A stretch of DNA of 52,148 nt from a virus (IMGVR_UViG_3300049189_000069:1-52148); one strand, 5' to 3'; counted from the first letter of the stretch, positions 27,752 to 37,283 are shown. Numbers and translations are program-made. Notes: generated from the letters alone by a model not told the origin.

Positions 27752-28141
27752 ATGCGATTTCCGGTTCCATTCCTGACCTTCACGCACCGGGACGGCCTCG
27801 ACCTTCCCGCGTTCAACACCATCCGCCTGGGCAGGGCGTGGTTCAAGCGGCTGAAGAAAGGGGACCGGATCCTGCTGGCGCACAAGCACGAGATCCTGTG
27901 CAGCGCGCGGGTGGTGATGCTGGCGTGCGGCCCGGTGCACAAGATGCTGGCAGAGCACGCGGTCTTCAACCACCGCGAGCTCGCGCTGGCTGCCCAGCAG
28001 CGCACCGACTACGCGCCCGACCAGGCACCGGCGCGGCGCCTCGAAAGCATGCGGCGCAACTACGGGCCCGCCAAGGTCACCGACACGTCGCACATCACGG
28101 TGATCGGGCTCAAGCTGATCAAGGTGAGGTCGAGCGGCTGA
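27752..28141 (+). CDS. ASCH/PUA-like domain protein
   Basis: NTIRLG..LKKGDRILL pattern; GAGG SD. Confidence 0.5.
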   Translation: MRFPVPFLTFTHRDGLDLPAFNTIRLGRAWFKRLKKGDRILLAHKHEILCSARVVMLACGPVHKMLAEHAVFNHRELALAAQQRTDYAPDQAPARRLESMRRNYGPAKVTDTSHITVIGLKLIKVRSSG

Positions 28142-28163
28142 GCTACAACCAGGGCCAAAGAAG

Positions 28164-28184
28164 TAACGGTCCACTGACTATACT
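28164..28184 (+). promoter_or_regulatory. TGACTATACT promoter with a weak operator match
   Basis: TAACGGTCCACTGACTATACT. Confidence 0.5.
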
Positions 28185-28199
28185 TCGGAGGTCCTAACG

Positions 28200-28571
28200 A
28201 TGCTGGAAGCAGCGATCGTGTGCTTGGCACACAACGTGTTCTTTGAGGCGCGCGGAGAAACAGTCCTGGGGCAGTACGCGGTGGCGCAAGTCACGCTGCG
28301 ACGAGCCGGCGGGGACCCGCGCAGGGTGTGTCGCGAGGTGTATCGATCGCACCAGTTCAGCTGGACGCTCGAGCCCAGGCGCAACCCACGCAAGGTGGAT
28401 CAGATCGCCTACGAGAACGCCCGACGCATCGCCCGGGTCGTGCTCACCGGGCGGATGCCGATGGACTTCAGCCGCGGGGCGACGCACTACCACGCCGTGA
28501 CGGTGCGCCCATACTGGTCGACAGTGATGATCCGCACGACGCGTGTCGGGCGGCACTTGTTCTACGCATAG
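28200..28571 (+). CDS. SleB-like cell wall hydrolase (Hydrolase_2)
   Basis: CLA.NVFFEARGE..GQ.AVAQV, QFSW, GATHYHA..V.P.W, GRHLFY. Confidence 0.9.
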   Translation: MLEAAIVCLAHNVFFEARGETVLGQYAVAQVTLRRAGGDPRRVCREVYRSHQFSWTLEPRRNPRKVDQIAYENARRIARVVLTGRMPMDFSRGATHYHAVTVRPYWSTVMIRTTRVGRHLFYA

Positions 28572-28574
28572 GGG

Positions 28575-28592
28575 TAAGTAAGCAATGACGAA
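28575..28592. promoter_or_regulatory. Operator copy overlapping the sbcD start
   Basis: TAAGTAAGCAATGACGAA. Confidence 0.55.
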
Positions 28593-29670
28593 ACCATGGG
28601 TCCTGTGCGCCGATGTCCATGCGCACAACTGGTCGGCGTTCTCGAGCGTCGATGCGGACGGCAAGAACACCCGCCTGGTCGGGCTGCTGGGTGAGCTGAC
28701 GCGCGCCGCCAGGATGGTCGATGGCGGCAAGATGGTCATTGCCGGTGATATGTTCCACGTCCGTGGGCAGATCGCGCCGAGCGTGCTCAACCCGACACGT
28801 GATGCCCTGCATGACATCGTGAATGACCGCGACGGCAGACTCGGCACGGGCTGCTACATCCTTGCGGGAAATCACGACCTGGAGGGCAAGCACAGCGATC
28901 GCCTGGGCAGCGCGATCACGGCCCTCGAGGGCAACTGCAGGGTCTTCAACAAGTTCGACTTGATCTACGACCTGAAGGCTGCCGTCATGCCCTGGCACGA
29001 TTCGGTCGCTGACCTGAAGGAACGCCTGCAGAAGCTGCCCGACTACATCAACGGTCACTCCGGTTGCAAGGCGCGCGGCATCACCCACGATCAGGTGGAT
29101 CTGATCATCCACGCGCCCATCAACGGCGTGATCATGGGCATCCCGGATCACGGGCTCGAGCCGCAGTGGCTCGCGGACCTGGGCTTCAAGCGGGTGTTCG
29201 GCGGCCACTACCACAACCACAAGTCGTTCTGCGACGGCAAGGTGTTCAGCATCGGCGCGCTGGCGCACCACACCTGGAGCGACGTCGGCTCGCTCGCGGG
29301 CTTTCTCATCGTCCACGATGACCGGGTCGAGCACGTCGAGTCGGAACTGCCGAAGTTCGTCGACCTGGAAGCCGGCGACACCGACCACATCGGCATCAAG
29401 GTGAAGGGCAACTACGTCCGCGCCAAGCTCAACTCGTCCAAGGTCGAGGACCTGAATGCGGTGCGCAAGCTGCTCGAAGACGCCGGCGCGAAGGGCGTGA
29501 CGATCGTCAGCGTCAAGCAGCCGGTGCAGACGCGCACCGGTGCGACCGTCCAAGCGGGCGCCAGCATCCAGCAGTCAGTATCCGACTTCATCAAGACGAA
29601 GACCTATGCCCGTCCCGACGCGGTGTCGATGCGTGCGCAGAAGGTCCTCGCCGAAGCGGAGGTCATGTGA
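28585..29670 (+). CDS. sbcD: SbcD/Mre11-like metallophosphoesterase nuclease
   Basis: DVH, GDMFH, GNHD, IIH, GHYH motifs; SbcC nearby. Confidence 0.88.
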   Translation: MTKPWVLCADVHAHNWSAFSSVDADGKNTRLVGLLGELTRAARMVDGGKMVIAGDMFHVRGQIAPSVLNPTRDALHDIVNDRDGRLGTGCYILAGNHDLEGKHSDRLGSAITALEGNCRVFNKFDLIYDLKAAVMPWHDSVADLKERLQKLPDYINGHSGCKARGITHDQVDLIIHAPINGVIMGIPDHGLEPQWLADLGFKRVFGGHYHNHKSFCDGKVFSIGALAHHTWSDVGSLAGFLIVHDDRVEHVESELPKFVDLEAGDTDHIGIKVKGNYVRAKLNSSKVEDLNAVRKLLEDAGAKGVTIVSVKQPVQTRTGATVQAGASIQQSVSDFIKTKTYARPDAVSMRAQKVLAEAEVM

Positions 29671-30179
29671 GTCTCTACGAAATCTCGGTCGTCAAGACGC
29701 TCCGCTCCGGCGAGCGCAAGCACACTGTCGTTTACTACCACGTGGTGGCGGCATCTACGCTCGAGGCGGAGACCAAGCTGCGCGAGTACATGGAGGACCG
29801 CATCGATCGCTACGAGCACGTCAGTGCCGCACGGGAGGTCGGCGACATCCAGACGAACAGCTACAGCACGTGCACGCCGGAGGAGCTTCTGAAGCGCCAG
29901 GGTAAGCCCTTGCCCGAGAAGAAGGTGAAGCCGGCGCCGGCGCTCAGCGATCGTCCGCTGGGCGATACGCAGCTGAACGTGCTGCGGGCACTGCGGGACC
30001 ACCAAGGTCGTTGGCATTCCAGCTGCGGTTGGTATTGGAGCACCGACAGTGGCACGCGTCGCATCTTGGAAACACTCGTGCAGCGATGCCTGGTGGATAA
30101 GGAAGGTGAGGGCTACCGCGCGACCTACACCATCAACAGAAGCGGGCTCGAAGCCCTGAAGCAAGGTCGACTCATCTAA
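29667..30179 (+). CDS. Hypothetical protein, possible C-terminal winged helix
   Basis: GTGA coupling; ILETLVQRCLV..YTINRSG. Confidence 0.6.
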   Translation: MSLYEISVVKTLRSGERKHTVVYYHVVAASTLEAETKLREYMEDRIDRYEHVSAAREVGDIQTNSYSTCTPEELLKRQGKPLPEKKVKPAPALSDRPLGDTQLNVLRALRDHQGRWHSSCGWYWSTDSGTRRILETLVQRCLVDKEGEGYRATYTINRSGLEALKQGRLI

Positions 30180-30187
30180 GCCTGAAC

Positions 30188-30523
30188 ATGGAATTCAAGT
30201 GCCCGAAGTGCGGAAGCCCGATGCGCATGCAGGTGCAGGCGGTCGTCTCTGCGCCCAGTGATCTGCTGCACGGGCTGTCCAAGCGCAACCTGCGCCGCAA
30301 GGACGTCTACCTCATGGGCGTGCTGTGGGAGACCGCCGATCACATCTGCACGAACGAGAAGTGCAGTCACGTGATCGATGGCTACGGCAACTACGTCACC
30401 AACCTGAAGAAGCAGCGCGACGAGCTTCTGGCTTCGTTGCAGGAGGCGTTGGTCTTTCTGCCGGTGTGCAGCGACGTGCGCAACAAGGCGAAGACCGCCA
30501 TCAACAACGCGATCAAATCCTGA
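30188..30523 (+). CDS. Hypothetical Zn-ribbon protein
   Basis: CPKCG..CTNEKC. Confidence 0.65.
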   Translation: MEFKCPKCGSPMRMQVQAVVSAPSDLLHGLSKRNLRRKDVYLMGVLWETADHICTNEKCSHVIDGYGNYVTNLKKQRDELLASLQEALVFLPVCSDVRNKAKTAINNAIKS

Positions 30524-30524
30524 T

Positions 30525-32480
30525 ATGGACTTCTACCGCCTTCGCATCATCAACTTCCTCACCATCGGGGACAGCGGCGACATCTACCTCACCAACCGTG
30601 GGCTGAACCTGCTGCAGGGCGTCAACGAGGACGACTCCAGCGCCAGCTCCAACGGCGCGGGCAAGAGCACGATCGCCGACGCCCTGTGCTGGGTGCTGTT
30701 CGGCGAGACCGCCCGCGAGGAGGGCGGCGACCTGATCGTCAACGACAAGGTGGGCAAGGACTGCATGGTCGAGCTCACCATGATCGACGGCGGTTCCACC
30801 TACACGGTGCGCCGCTACCGCAAGCACAAGACCTGCAAGAACGAGTTGCACCTGGCGGTCGACGCCGGCAGCGCGGGCGACCACGACCTGACCAAGGGCA
30901 CCACCGCGGAGACCCAAGCCGAGATCGTCAAGATCCTGGGCTGCACGCTGGACGTCTTCAAGGCGTCGATCTACGCCGGCCAGGACGACATGGTGGACCT
31001 GCCCGCGCTCAAGGACAAGGCGCTCAAGGTGCTGGTCGAGCAAGCAGCCGGCGTCGAGCGACTGGAGCGCGCCTACGAGATCGCCCGGCAGCAGCAGAGC
31101 GCGATCCACCGACAGGTGGAGACCACGACGGCGGAGGAACAGCGCCTGGGCGAGGCGATCCGCAAGACCCTGGTCGACATCGAGACGGCGAAGCTCAAGC
31201 ACAAGGAATTCGAGGACGGGCGCGAGGAGCGCGCCAAGCAGTTCGAAGCCGCTTCCGCCCTGGAGAAGGGCAAGGCGGCAACCATCGTCGAAGCGCTCAA
31301 GCAGTACGACGAGCCCAAGCTGCGCGCCGACCTGGAGACCCACCAGGCCAGCGTCAAGCAGATCCAGCAGCTGCAGGCAACCGCGTCGTCCTACGAGCGC
31401 GGCACCGTCAAGCCCGCGGAGCAGTCGCTGCAGGCCGCCCAGGTCGAACTGAAGTTCCTCACCGACCAGGCGCTGCTGCTCAAGAGGCAGCACGACGAAG
31501 CCGAGCAGCAGGTGGGCAAGCCGTGCCAGATGTGCGCGAAACCCCACACCCTGGAGGATGTGGCGACGGTGCGCGCCCACCTGAAGGGCAAGCTGATCGA
31601 AGCCGTGGGCAAGGCGAAGAAGGAGCAGGAGAAGGTCGCCGGGCTGCAGGACAAGCTGGTCGAGCTGCGCACCGAGCACAGTCGCCTGGTCGACGTGGTG
31701 CCCAATGCCGCGAACCTGATGGGCGAGATCGCGGTGATCAACACCAAGCTGCTGGAGATCGGCAAGCTCAAGGGCGACGCCCGCACGCTCATCACCAACG
31801 CACAGAACCTGCTGCAGCAGGCGACCGCCGCCCGCTCGGAAGTCAACCCGCACAAGTCGGTGCTGGACCACCTGGGCACGAAGCTGGACGCCGACAGCCA
31901 GGCGAAGGACATCGTCCGCACGAAGCTGGAGCAGCTGCAGGCGGAGCTCGAGGACGCGCAGGCGGTCACCGATGTGTTCGGACCCGCCGGCGTGCGTGCG
32001 CACATCCTGGACACGGTCACCCCGTTCCTGAACGACCGCACCGCCGACTACCTGGGCACCTTCAGCGACGGCAACATGACCGCGGTGTGGTCGACGCTGT
32101 CGCGCCTGAAGTCGGGCGAGATCCGCGAGAAGTTCGCCATCGAGGTGAGCCACGCGAAGGGCGGCAAGACCTACAAGCTCAACTCGGGCGGCGAGAAGAA
32201 GAAGGCGCAGCTCGCGTGCATGCTCGCGCTGCAGGACCTGGTGGCGTCACGGGCGAGCAAGCCCCTGAACCTGTGGGTAGGCGACGAGATCGACGACGCG
32301 CTGGACCCCTCGGGCCTGGAGCGTCTGATGACAATCCTCGAACGCAAAGCGCGCGAGAAGGGCACGGTGATCGTGATTTCTCATTCGGACCTGCGCGACT
32401 GGATCGACAACGTGACGGTGGTGCGCAAGCCGGCGGGCAAATCTTCCACGGTGGAGGGCTCGCTCGTCGAGCTACACTGA
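30525..32480 (+). CDS. sbcC: SbcC/Rad50-like SMC ATPase
   Basis: NGAGKST, coiled coil with CQMC zinc hook, NSGGE signature, DEIDDALD, ISH. Confidence 0.92.
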   Translation: MDFYRLRIINFLTIGDSGDIYLTNRGLNLLQGVNEDDSSASSNGAGKSTIADALCWVLFGETAREEGGDLIVNDKVGKDCMVELTMIDGGSTYTVRRYRKHKTCKNELHLAVDAGSAGDHDLTKGTTAETQAEIVKILGCTLDVFKASIYAGQDDMVDLPALKDKALKVLVEQAAGVERLERAYEIARQQQSAIHRQVETTTAEEQRLGEAIRKTLVDIETAKLKHKEFEDGREERAKQFEAASALEKGKAATIVEALKQYDEPKLRADLETHQASVKQIQQLQATASSYERGTVKPAEQSLQAAQVELKFLTDQALLLKRQHDEAEQQVGKPCQMCAKPHTLEDVATVRAHLKGKLIEAVGKAKKEQEKVAGLQDKLVELRTEHSRLVDVVPNAANLMGEIAVINTKLLEIGKLKGDARTLITNAQNLLQQATAARSEVNPHKSVLDHLGTKLDADSQAKDIVRTKLEQLQAELEDAQAVTDVFGPAGVRAHILDTVTPFLNDRTADYLGTFSDGNMTAVWSTLSRLKSGEIREKFAIEVSHAKGGKTYKLNSGGEKKKAQLACMLALQDLVASRASKPLNLWVGDEIDDALDPSGLERLMTILERKAREKGTVIVISHSDLRDWIDNVTVVRKPAGKSSTVEGSLVELH

Positions 32481-32498
32481 TAAGTAAGCAGTGAGAAA
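32481..32498. promoter_or_regulatory. Operator copy
   Basis: TAAGTAAGCAGTGAGAAA. Confidence 0.6.
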
Positions 32499-32535
32499 CG
32501 GAAAGCGCAAGACGCGCAGGGCGGACGCAAGGCTT

Positions 32536-33039
32536 ATGGCACAACAACTGACACCGGATCAGCAACGCACCCACCAGGAGTCGGTGGCGGCGTTCACCGT
32601 CGACGTCTTGCTGGCGTTCGCGGGCTTGGTGAGCGCCAAGCTCACCCGGCCGCGTCAACTGAACGCGACGATGCGGGTCGGCGTGCAGAACACCCGCGAG
32701 GTGCTGCACTCGGGCGGCGAGCAGTTCCGGCTGCTCTCCGCGCGCTGCAGCCAGGACACGCGCACGAACCTGCCCACCATCTGGTTGCGCCTGGCGCCGA
32801 TGCAGGTGCAGGAGTACCGCTACGTCGAGGTCGAAGCGGCGTTCTCCAAGGAGTTCGAGTTCTATTTCGACGGTGGTCAGCGCCAGGACTTCACGGGCCT
32901 GGTCGACCAACTCATGGCGCAGATTCACAAGGAGTCGGGCCGCACCTATCGCGAGCTGATGGATGCCGCGCTCGACGCAGAACGCAAGCGATTGCTGGCT
33001 GAGCAGCTGCAGTCGCACGATCAATTCGGAAGCTGGTAA
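32536..33039 (+). CDS. Hypothetical protein ending in FGSW (alternative start 32491)
   Basis: AAGG SD before ATG 32536. Confidence 0.7.
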   Translation: MAQQLTPDQQRTHQESVAAFTVDVLLAFAGLVSAKLTRPRQLNATMRVGVQNTREVLHSGGEQFRLLSARCSQDTRTNLPTIWLRLAPMQVQEYRYVEVEAAFSKEFEFYFDGGQRQDFTGLVDQLMAQIHKESGRTYRELMDAALDAERKRLLAEQLQSHDQFGSW

Positions 33040-33047
33040 GGGGCACA

Positions 33048-33608
33048 ATGAAGGTCAAGGTCGTTGGCATGGATCCCAGCCTGAACAACTGGGGGATTGC
33101 ACGGGCCCGTCTGGACATCGAGACGTTGCACCTCGACATCGATGGCCTGCAGCTGGTCGAAACCGACGCGCAGGCGGGCAAGACGGTGCGCAAGAACAGC
33201 GACGACATCCGTCGCGCCCAAATTCTCTACGGTGGGCTTGTCCTCGCCACGGCTGGCGCCACCGCTGCGTTCTGCGAGGTGCCCGTGGGCTCACAGTCCG
33301 CCCGGGCGATGGCGAGCTACGGCATCTGCGTGGGCGTGCTGGGCGCGTGCTCTGCGCCCCTGATCGAGGTGACACCCTTCGAGGTCAAGATCGCCGCGGT
33401 CAACCACAAGCAAGCCGCGAAGGAAGAGATGATCGAGTGGGCGGTCGCGAAGCACCCGGACGCTCCGTGGCTGCGTCGTGGCGGCAAGCTGATCGCCAAG
33501 AACGAGCACCTGGCCGACGCGGTCGCCTCCATCTATGCCGGACTCAAGACCGCACAGTTCGCATCGGTGCTGCAGATGCTGCGCGCAACGATGAGGATCG
33601 CCGCATGA
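33048..33608 (+). CDS. ruvC: RuvC-like Holliday junction resolvase
   Basis: VVGMDPSL..WG, FCE, VTP.EVK, A.KEEMI, HLADA. Confidence 0.85.
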   Translation: MKVKVVGMDPSLNNWGIARARLDIETLHLDIDGLQLVETDAQAGKTVRKNSDDIRRAQILYGGLVLATAGATAAFCEVPVGSQSARAMASYGICVGVLGACSAPLIEVTPFEVKIAAVNHKQAAKEEMIEWAVAKHPDAPWLRRGGKLIAKNEHLADAVASIYAGLKTAQFASVLQMLRATMRIAA

Positions 33609-33802
33609 AGGAACAAGACATCGAGTATGAGAACGGCAGGGCGTGGGTGCTGCGCGATCGCAAGAAATGTCAGTTCACCGTGTTTGTCAGCGGTGCCACA
33701 CATTCGACCAGCGACAGTTCCTATCCGTTGACCGACGATGGGCGAAGCATCGCGGTGGCACGTGCGGACTACATCGCCAAGCGACTTGGGGCTGTCGCAT
33801 GA
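33605..33802 (+). CDS. Hypothetical protein
   Basis: GAGG SD, ATGA coupling. Confidence 0.6.
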   Translation: MKEQDIEYENGRAWVLRDRKKCQFTVFVSGATHSTSDSSYPLTDDGRSIAVARADYIAKRLGAVA

Positions 33803-33963
33803 GGTGGAGGGGCAAGAGCAAGGATCACTACGAGTGGCACCGCTGGTTCGCCTGGTTCCCCGTGAAGACCGAGGTCTGGTGGGTGTGGCTCGAGCACGTT
33901 GATCGGTGCAGGTTTGCACATCGCGCCGGCGGTTGGTGGGAATACCGTGAGGTGCGGAGATGA
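33799..33963 (+). CDS. Small Trp-rich hypothetical protein
   Basis: WHRWFAWFPV..WVWLE.V.R, a pattern common in small phage ORFs. Confidence 0.6.
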   Translation: MRWRGKSKDHYEWHRWFAWFPVKTEVWWVWLEHVDRCRFAHRAGGWWEYREVRR

Positions 33964-34418
33964 CGCCGGGACAAATCGCCCTTGAGGCGTTCATCGGTCA
34001 GCTTTCTCCTGGCGGCTTCTTCTTGGACGCCATGCCCACGGCATGGAGCCAGGCGTCGACGGAGATGCGCAAGGCGTTCGAAGCGGCAGCTGAAGCGGTG
34101 ACCAAGGCAGCCCAGGTCGCGCCACCCAAAGAGGTGATGCCCAAGCTCTACGTCGACACCCGGCTGGAGAGCTGCGAACTTACCGTGTCGCCCAACGTGG
34201 ACGCGATGAAGGTCCGTCTCGACTTGGTTGTGCCGAGCGTGAACGCCCTGCGTGGCAGTGTCGGTCACGACTTGAACAGGGTGCTGACGGGTGCGAGGGA
34301 GCACACCGGCGTGCTGCGTCTGACGCTCACCAGCGACGAGCAGGCACGCTCCGAGTTCGCCCGCATCAACCCGGACGGCACGTTGCGCGAGATGAGCGAA
34401 GTGGAGGGCACATGGTGA
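33960..34418 (+). CDS. Hypothetical protein
   Basis: ATGA coupling; ends EGTW. Confidence 0.65.
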   Translation: MTPGQIALEAFIGQLSPGGFFLDAMPTAWSQASTEMRKAFEAAAEAVTKAAQVAPPKEVMPKLYVDTRLESCELTVSPNVDAMKVRLDLVVPSVNALRGSVGHDLNRVLTGAREHTGVLRLTLTSDEQARSEFARINPDGTLREMSEVEGTW

Positions 34419-34645
34419 GCGACCTGCCACCAGGCCCATACCGTCTCGTCGACAACCGCATCGTCGCCGGCGACAGCAGTTGGCTCACCCAGCCCGTGAC
34501 GATCTGCACCCTGCACCCGAAGCAGAACAAGGCGGAGCACCGGTCGTTCGTCCAGCAGCTGCTGGATGCACTGAACGCCGCGGCAGCGCGTGAACCTTAC
34601 GGAAACGACTGCATGGCGGGCACCATCGCTTATCTGGGCAAGTAA
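34412..34645 (+). CDS. Hypothetical protein
   Basis: GGAGG SD. Confidence 0.6.
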   Translation: MVSDLPPGPYRLVDNRIVAGDSSWLTQPVTICTLHPKQNKAEHRSFVQQLLDALNAAAAREPYGNDCMAGTIAYLGK

Positions 34646-34663
34646 GTAAGCAGTGAATATACT
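34643..34663 (+). promoter_or_regulatory. Operator copy fused to TATACT
   Basis: TAAGTAAGCAGTGAATATACT. Confidence 0.75.
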
Positions 34664-34699
34664 GCCCGACCCAACAACCCCAACCTCCCTGTAAGAAGT

Positions 34700-37048
34700 A
34701 TGCAAAACATGACCCCCGCGCGTGTCTACGCCGCGGGCATCGGCGACGCTGTCGCCGATCGCACCATCAATCGCAAGCTGGATCCCGAAACCCGCCTCGA
34801 GCTCGAGGCGTTGCCGCACGGCGTCAAGGACACCCGTGCCTTCGTACGCGAGACCTGGGAAGAGGTCGCGCTGCGCGTCGCCGAAGGCAACACGCTGCTG
34901 CATCCCAAGGACGCCGCGCACGAGTTCAGCGTCCTGCATCGCCACCTGCGTCAGGCATCCGTGCTGATGTCCGGTCGGCACCTGCAGCACGGTGACACCA
35001 CGCAGCCCTCGCGCAACCAGGAGGTGTTCACCAACTGCAGCACGAGCGCCATGTCCCTCGTTCTGTTCTACCTGCTGCTCAACGGCTCGGGCGTCGGTCG
35101 CTGCTACGACGACGACATGATGCTCGTGGACTGGTGCAAGAGCATGCCGGTTGTGGTGCCCTACATCAGCAACACGCACAAGGACGTGCTCACCGGCGAA
35201 ATCCCGGTGAAGTTCACCGACGACTTCTGGCAGTTCTTCGACGCCGACGAGGTGATCTACTTCGAGGTGCCCGACAGCCGCGAGGGCTGGGCGAAGGCGG
35301 TCGAGCAGATCGAGCGCTACACCTACGAGGGCGTGCACGCCAACAAGACGCTGGTGCTGGACTTCAGCCTGGTGCGCGAGAAGGGCGCTCCGATCCGCGG
35401 CATGCAGAACCGCCCCGCGTCCGGGCCGGCGCCGCTGATGCAGGCGATCGCGAACATCGGCACGCTCAAGGGCGGAAAGGTCGACCCGTTTGAAGCCACG
35501 ATGTGGGCCGACCACTACCTCGCCGAGTGCGTGCTGGTGGGTGGGGCCCGCCGCGCTGCGCGCATGGCGACCAAGACCTGGCGCGATCGCAACGTGCTGC
35601 GCTTTGTCAACATCAAGAAGGGCGGCGTGCTCTGGAGCTCGAACAACAGCGTCACGGTCGACGCCGAGTTCTGGGAGGGCGTGCGGGCGGTCGAGGAGGC
35701 GCTGGACCTGATCGGCAGCAAGGACCCCTGGGTGGCGCAGGAGATGCTCCTCAAGCTCGCCAGCAACGGCACCCTGACCGAGCTGCAGCTGCACGCCCAC
35801 CGCGTCTTCAGCGCCATCTGCCACGCGTCGTACTTCGACGGCACGGGCGAGCCCGGGCTGATCAACGTCGACCGGCTCACGCAGAACGACGAGGGCATCG
35901 AAGCGCTGCTCGACGGCGACTTCGCCGAGTCGCAGCGCTTCAAGCTGGACCCGCAGACCAAGCAGCTGACTGCGGCGCTCGCGAAGGTGTTCGCGACCAA
36001 GCCGCTGAACATGATCGTCAACCCGTGTGGGGAGATCCCACTGTCGCTGCTGGGCGGCTACTGCGTGATCGCGGACTGGGTGCCGTTCCACGCTGGTTCC
36101 CAGTCGCGCGAAGGCCCGGAGTTCTTCCTGCCCAACGAATGGGACGACGACGCCGAAGCCGCCATCCGTGCCGCGACGCGCGCCCTGATCCGCGTCAACA
36201 CGATGGATTGCCTCTACAGCAAGGAGGTGCGCCGCACCAACCGCATCGGGGTGGGCTTCACGGGCATCCACGAGTACGCCTGGGCGCGCTTCGGTTACGG
36301 CTGGAAGGATCTGGTCAACGAGCAGAAGAGCCTGTCCTTCTGGAAGACGATGGCGCGCTTCTCGTGCGCAGCGGTCGACGAGGCACGCACGTACAGCGCT
36401 GCGCTGGGTGTGCCGATGCCGCACACGGTGACCACGGTCAAGCCCGCCGGCACCACCAGCAAGCTCTTCGGGCTGTCCGAGGGCGCGCACCTGCCGAGCA
36501 TGCGTGAGTACCTTCGCTGGGTGCAGTTCCGCAACGACGATCCGCTGATCGAGGAGTACCGCGCGAAGGGCTACCCGGTGCGCCAGCTCAAGACCTACAG
36601 CGGAACGACCATCGTGGGCTTCCCAACGGTGCCGCAGATCTGCACGCTGGGCATGGGCGACAAGCTGGTGACGGCAGCCGAAGCGACGCCCGAGGAGCAG
36701 TACGAGTTCCTGCGCCTGCTGGAGAAGTATTGGCTGCACGGCGACGGCGCCCACCAGTACGGCGGACAGGTTAGCTACACGCTGAAGTACGACCCGAAGA
36801 CGGTGGACTTCGAGCATTTCCGCCGCACGCTGCTCGAGGGCCAGTCGACGATCAAGTGCTGCAGCGTCATGCCGCAGACCGACGCGACAAGCTACGAGTA
36901 CCAGCCCGAGGAGCCGGTGAGCAAGGAACGCTTCGATGAGATCGTTGCCGCGATCAAGACGGGCGCCCCGAAGGAAGACGTCGGCTTCGAGCACGTGGAC
37001 TGCAGTTCGGGGAGCTGTCCTGTGGATTTTTTGGGCAGCGAGAGGTGA
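34700..37048 (+). CDS. nrdJ: Ribonucleotide reductase, class II (adenosylcobalamin-dependent)
   Basis: SGR, TNC, DSREGW, GGARRAA, NPCGEI, TVKPAGT, C-terminal CSSGSCP; no beta subunit in the window. Confidence 0.88.
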   Translation: MQNMTPARVYAAGIGDAVADRTINRKLDPETRLELEALPHGVKDTRAFVRETWEEVALRVAEGNTLLHPKDAAHEFSVLHRHLRQASVLMSGRHLQHGDTTQPSRNQEVFTNCSTSAMSLVLFYLLLNGSGVGRCYDDDMMLVDWCKSMPVVVPYISNTHKDVLTGEIPVKFTDDFWQFFDADEVIYFEVPDSREGWAKAVEQIERYTYEGVHANKTLVLDFSLVREKGAPIRGMQNRPASGPAPLMQAIANIGTLKGGKVDPFEATMWADHYLAECVLVGGARRAARMATKTWRDRNVLRFVNIKKGGVLWSSNNSVTVDAEFWEGVRAVEEALDLIGSKDPWVAQEMLLKLASNGTLTELQLHAHRVFSAICHASYFDGTGEPGLINVDRLTQNDEGIEALLDGDFAESQRFKLDPQTKQLTAALAKVFATKPLNMIVNPCGEIPLSLLGGYCVIADWVPFHAGSQSREGPEFFLPNEWDDDAEAAIRAATRALIRVNTMDCLYSKEVRRTNRIGVGFTGIHEYAWARFGYGWKDLVNEQKSLSFWKTMARFSCAAVDEARTYSAALGVPMPHTVTTVKPAGTTSKLFGLSEGAHLPSMREYLRWVQFRNDDPLIEEYRAKGYPVRQLKTYSGTTIVGFPTVPQICTLGMGDKLVTAAEATPEEQYEFLRLLEKYWLHGDGAHQYGGQVSYTLKYDPKTVDFEHFRRTLLEGQSTIKCCSVMPQTDATSYEYQPEEPVSKERFDEIVAAIKTGAPKEDVGFEHVDCSSGSCPVDFLGSER

Positions 37049-37107
37049 TCGACTGGCCCGAGTTGCGGTTTGGGCCAGTCAACCTGCTTACCATTGGGCG
37101 TCAAACA

Positions 37108-37129
37108 TAAGTAAGCAGTGAGCTATACT
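37108..37129 (+). promoter_or_regulatory. Operator copy fused to TATACT, driving the ribozyme-tRNA transcript
   Basis: TAAGTAAGCAGTGAGCTATACT. Confidence 0.78.
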
Positions 37130-37139
37130 GCTTAGCGAA

Positions 37140-37222
37140 CCTCCTGATGAGCCCGTGAGATCCGGGCGAAACATCAACCGGGCAACTGCGGTGATCCACC
37201 GGAGCCTTGGTTGATGTCGGGG
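37140..37222 (+). ncRNA. Type I hammerhead ribozyme; predicted cleavage 3' of C37218
   Basis: Stem I CCUC/GGGG; CUGAUGA 37144-37150; stem II GCCCG/CGGGC; GAAA 37168-37171; stem III ACAUCAACC/GGUUGAUGU; GUC triplet 37216-37218. Confidence 0.9.
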
Positions 37223-37283
37223 CGAATGCAGGCGAGGTCTACATGGATAAGGTGACTTCGCCAACACCTAGTCGCCCCGACTT
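37219..37283 (+). ncRNA. Putative small structured RNA between the ribozyme cut and tRNA-Asn
   Basis: GGGGCGA/UCGCCCC terminal stem, internal loop, GGCGAGGUC/GACUUCGCC stem. Confidence 0.55.

Noticed and set aside
15804-36994. Very long minus-strand ORFs (15804-17690, 21850-24591, 24368-26731, 34265-36994 and others)
   Set aside because: They are antisense shadows of well-supported + strand genes in high-GC DNA and contain no recognisable motifs.
20323-37048. Inteins or introns in dnaE, recA or nrdJ
   Set aside because: Reading frames are continuous and of normal length, with no intein splice motifs or homing endonuclease signatures.
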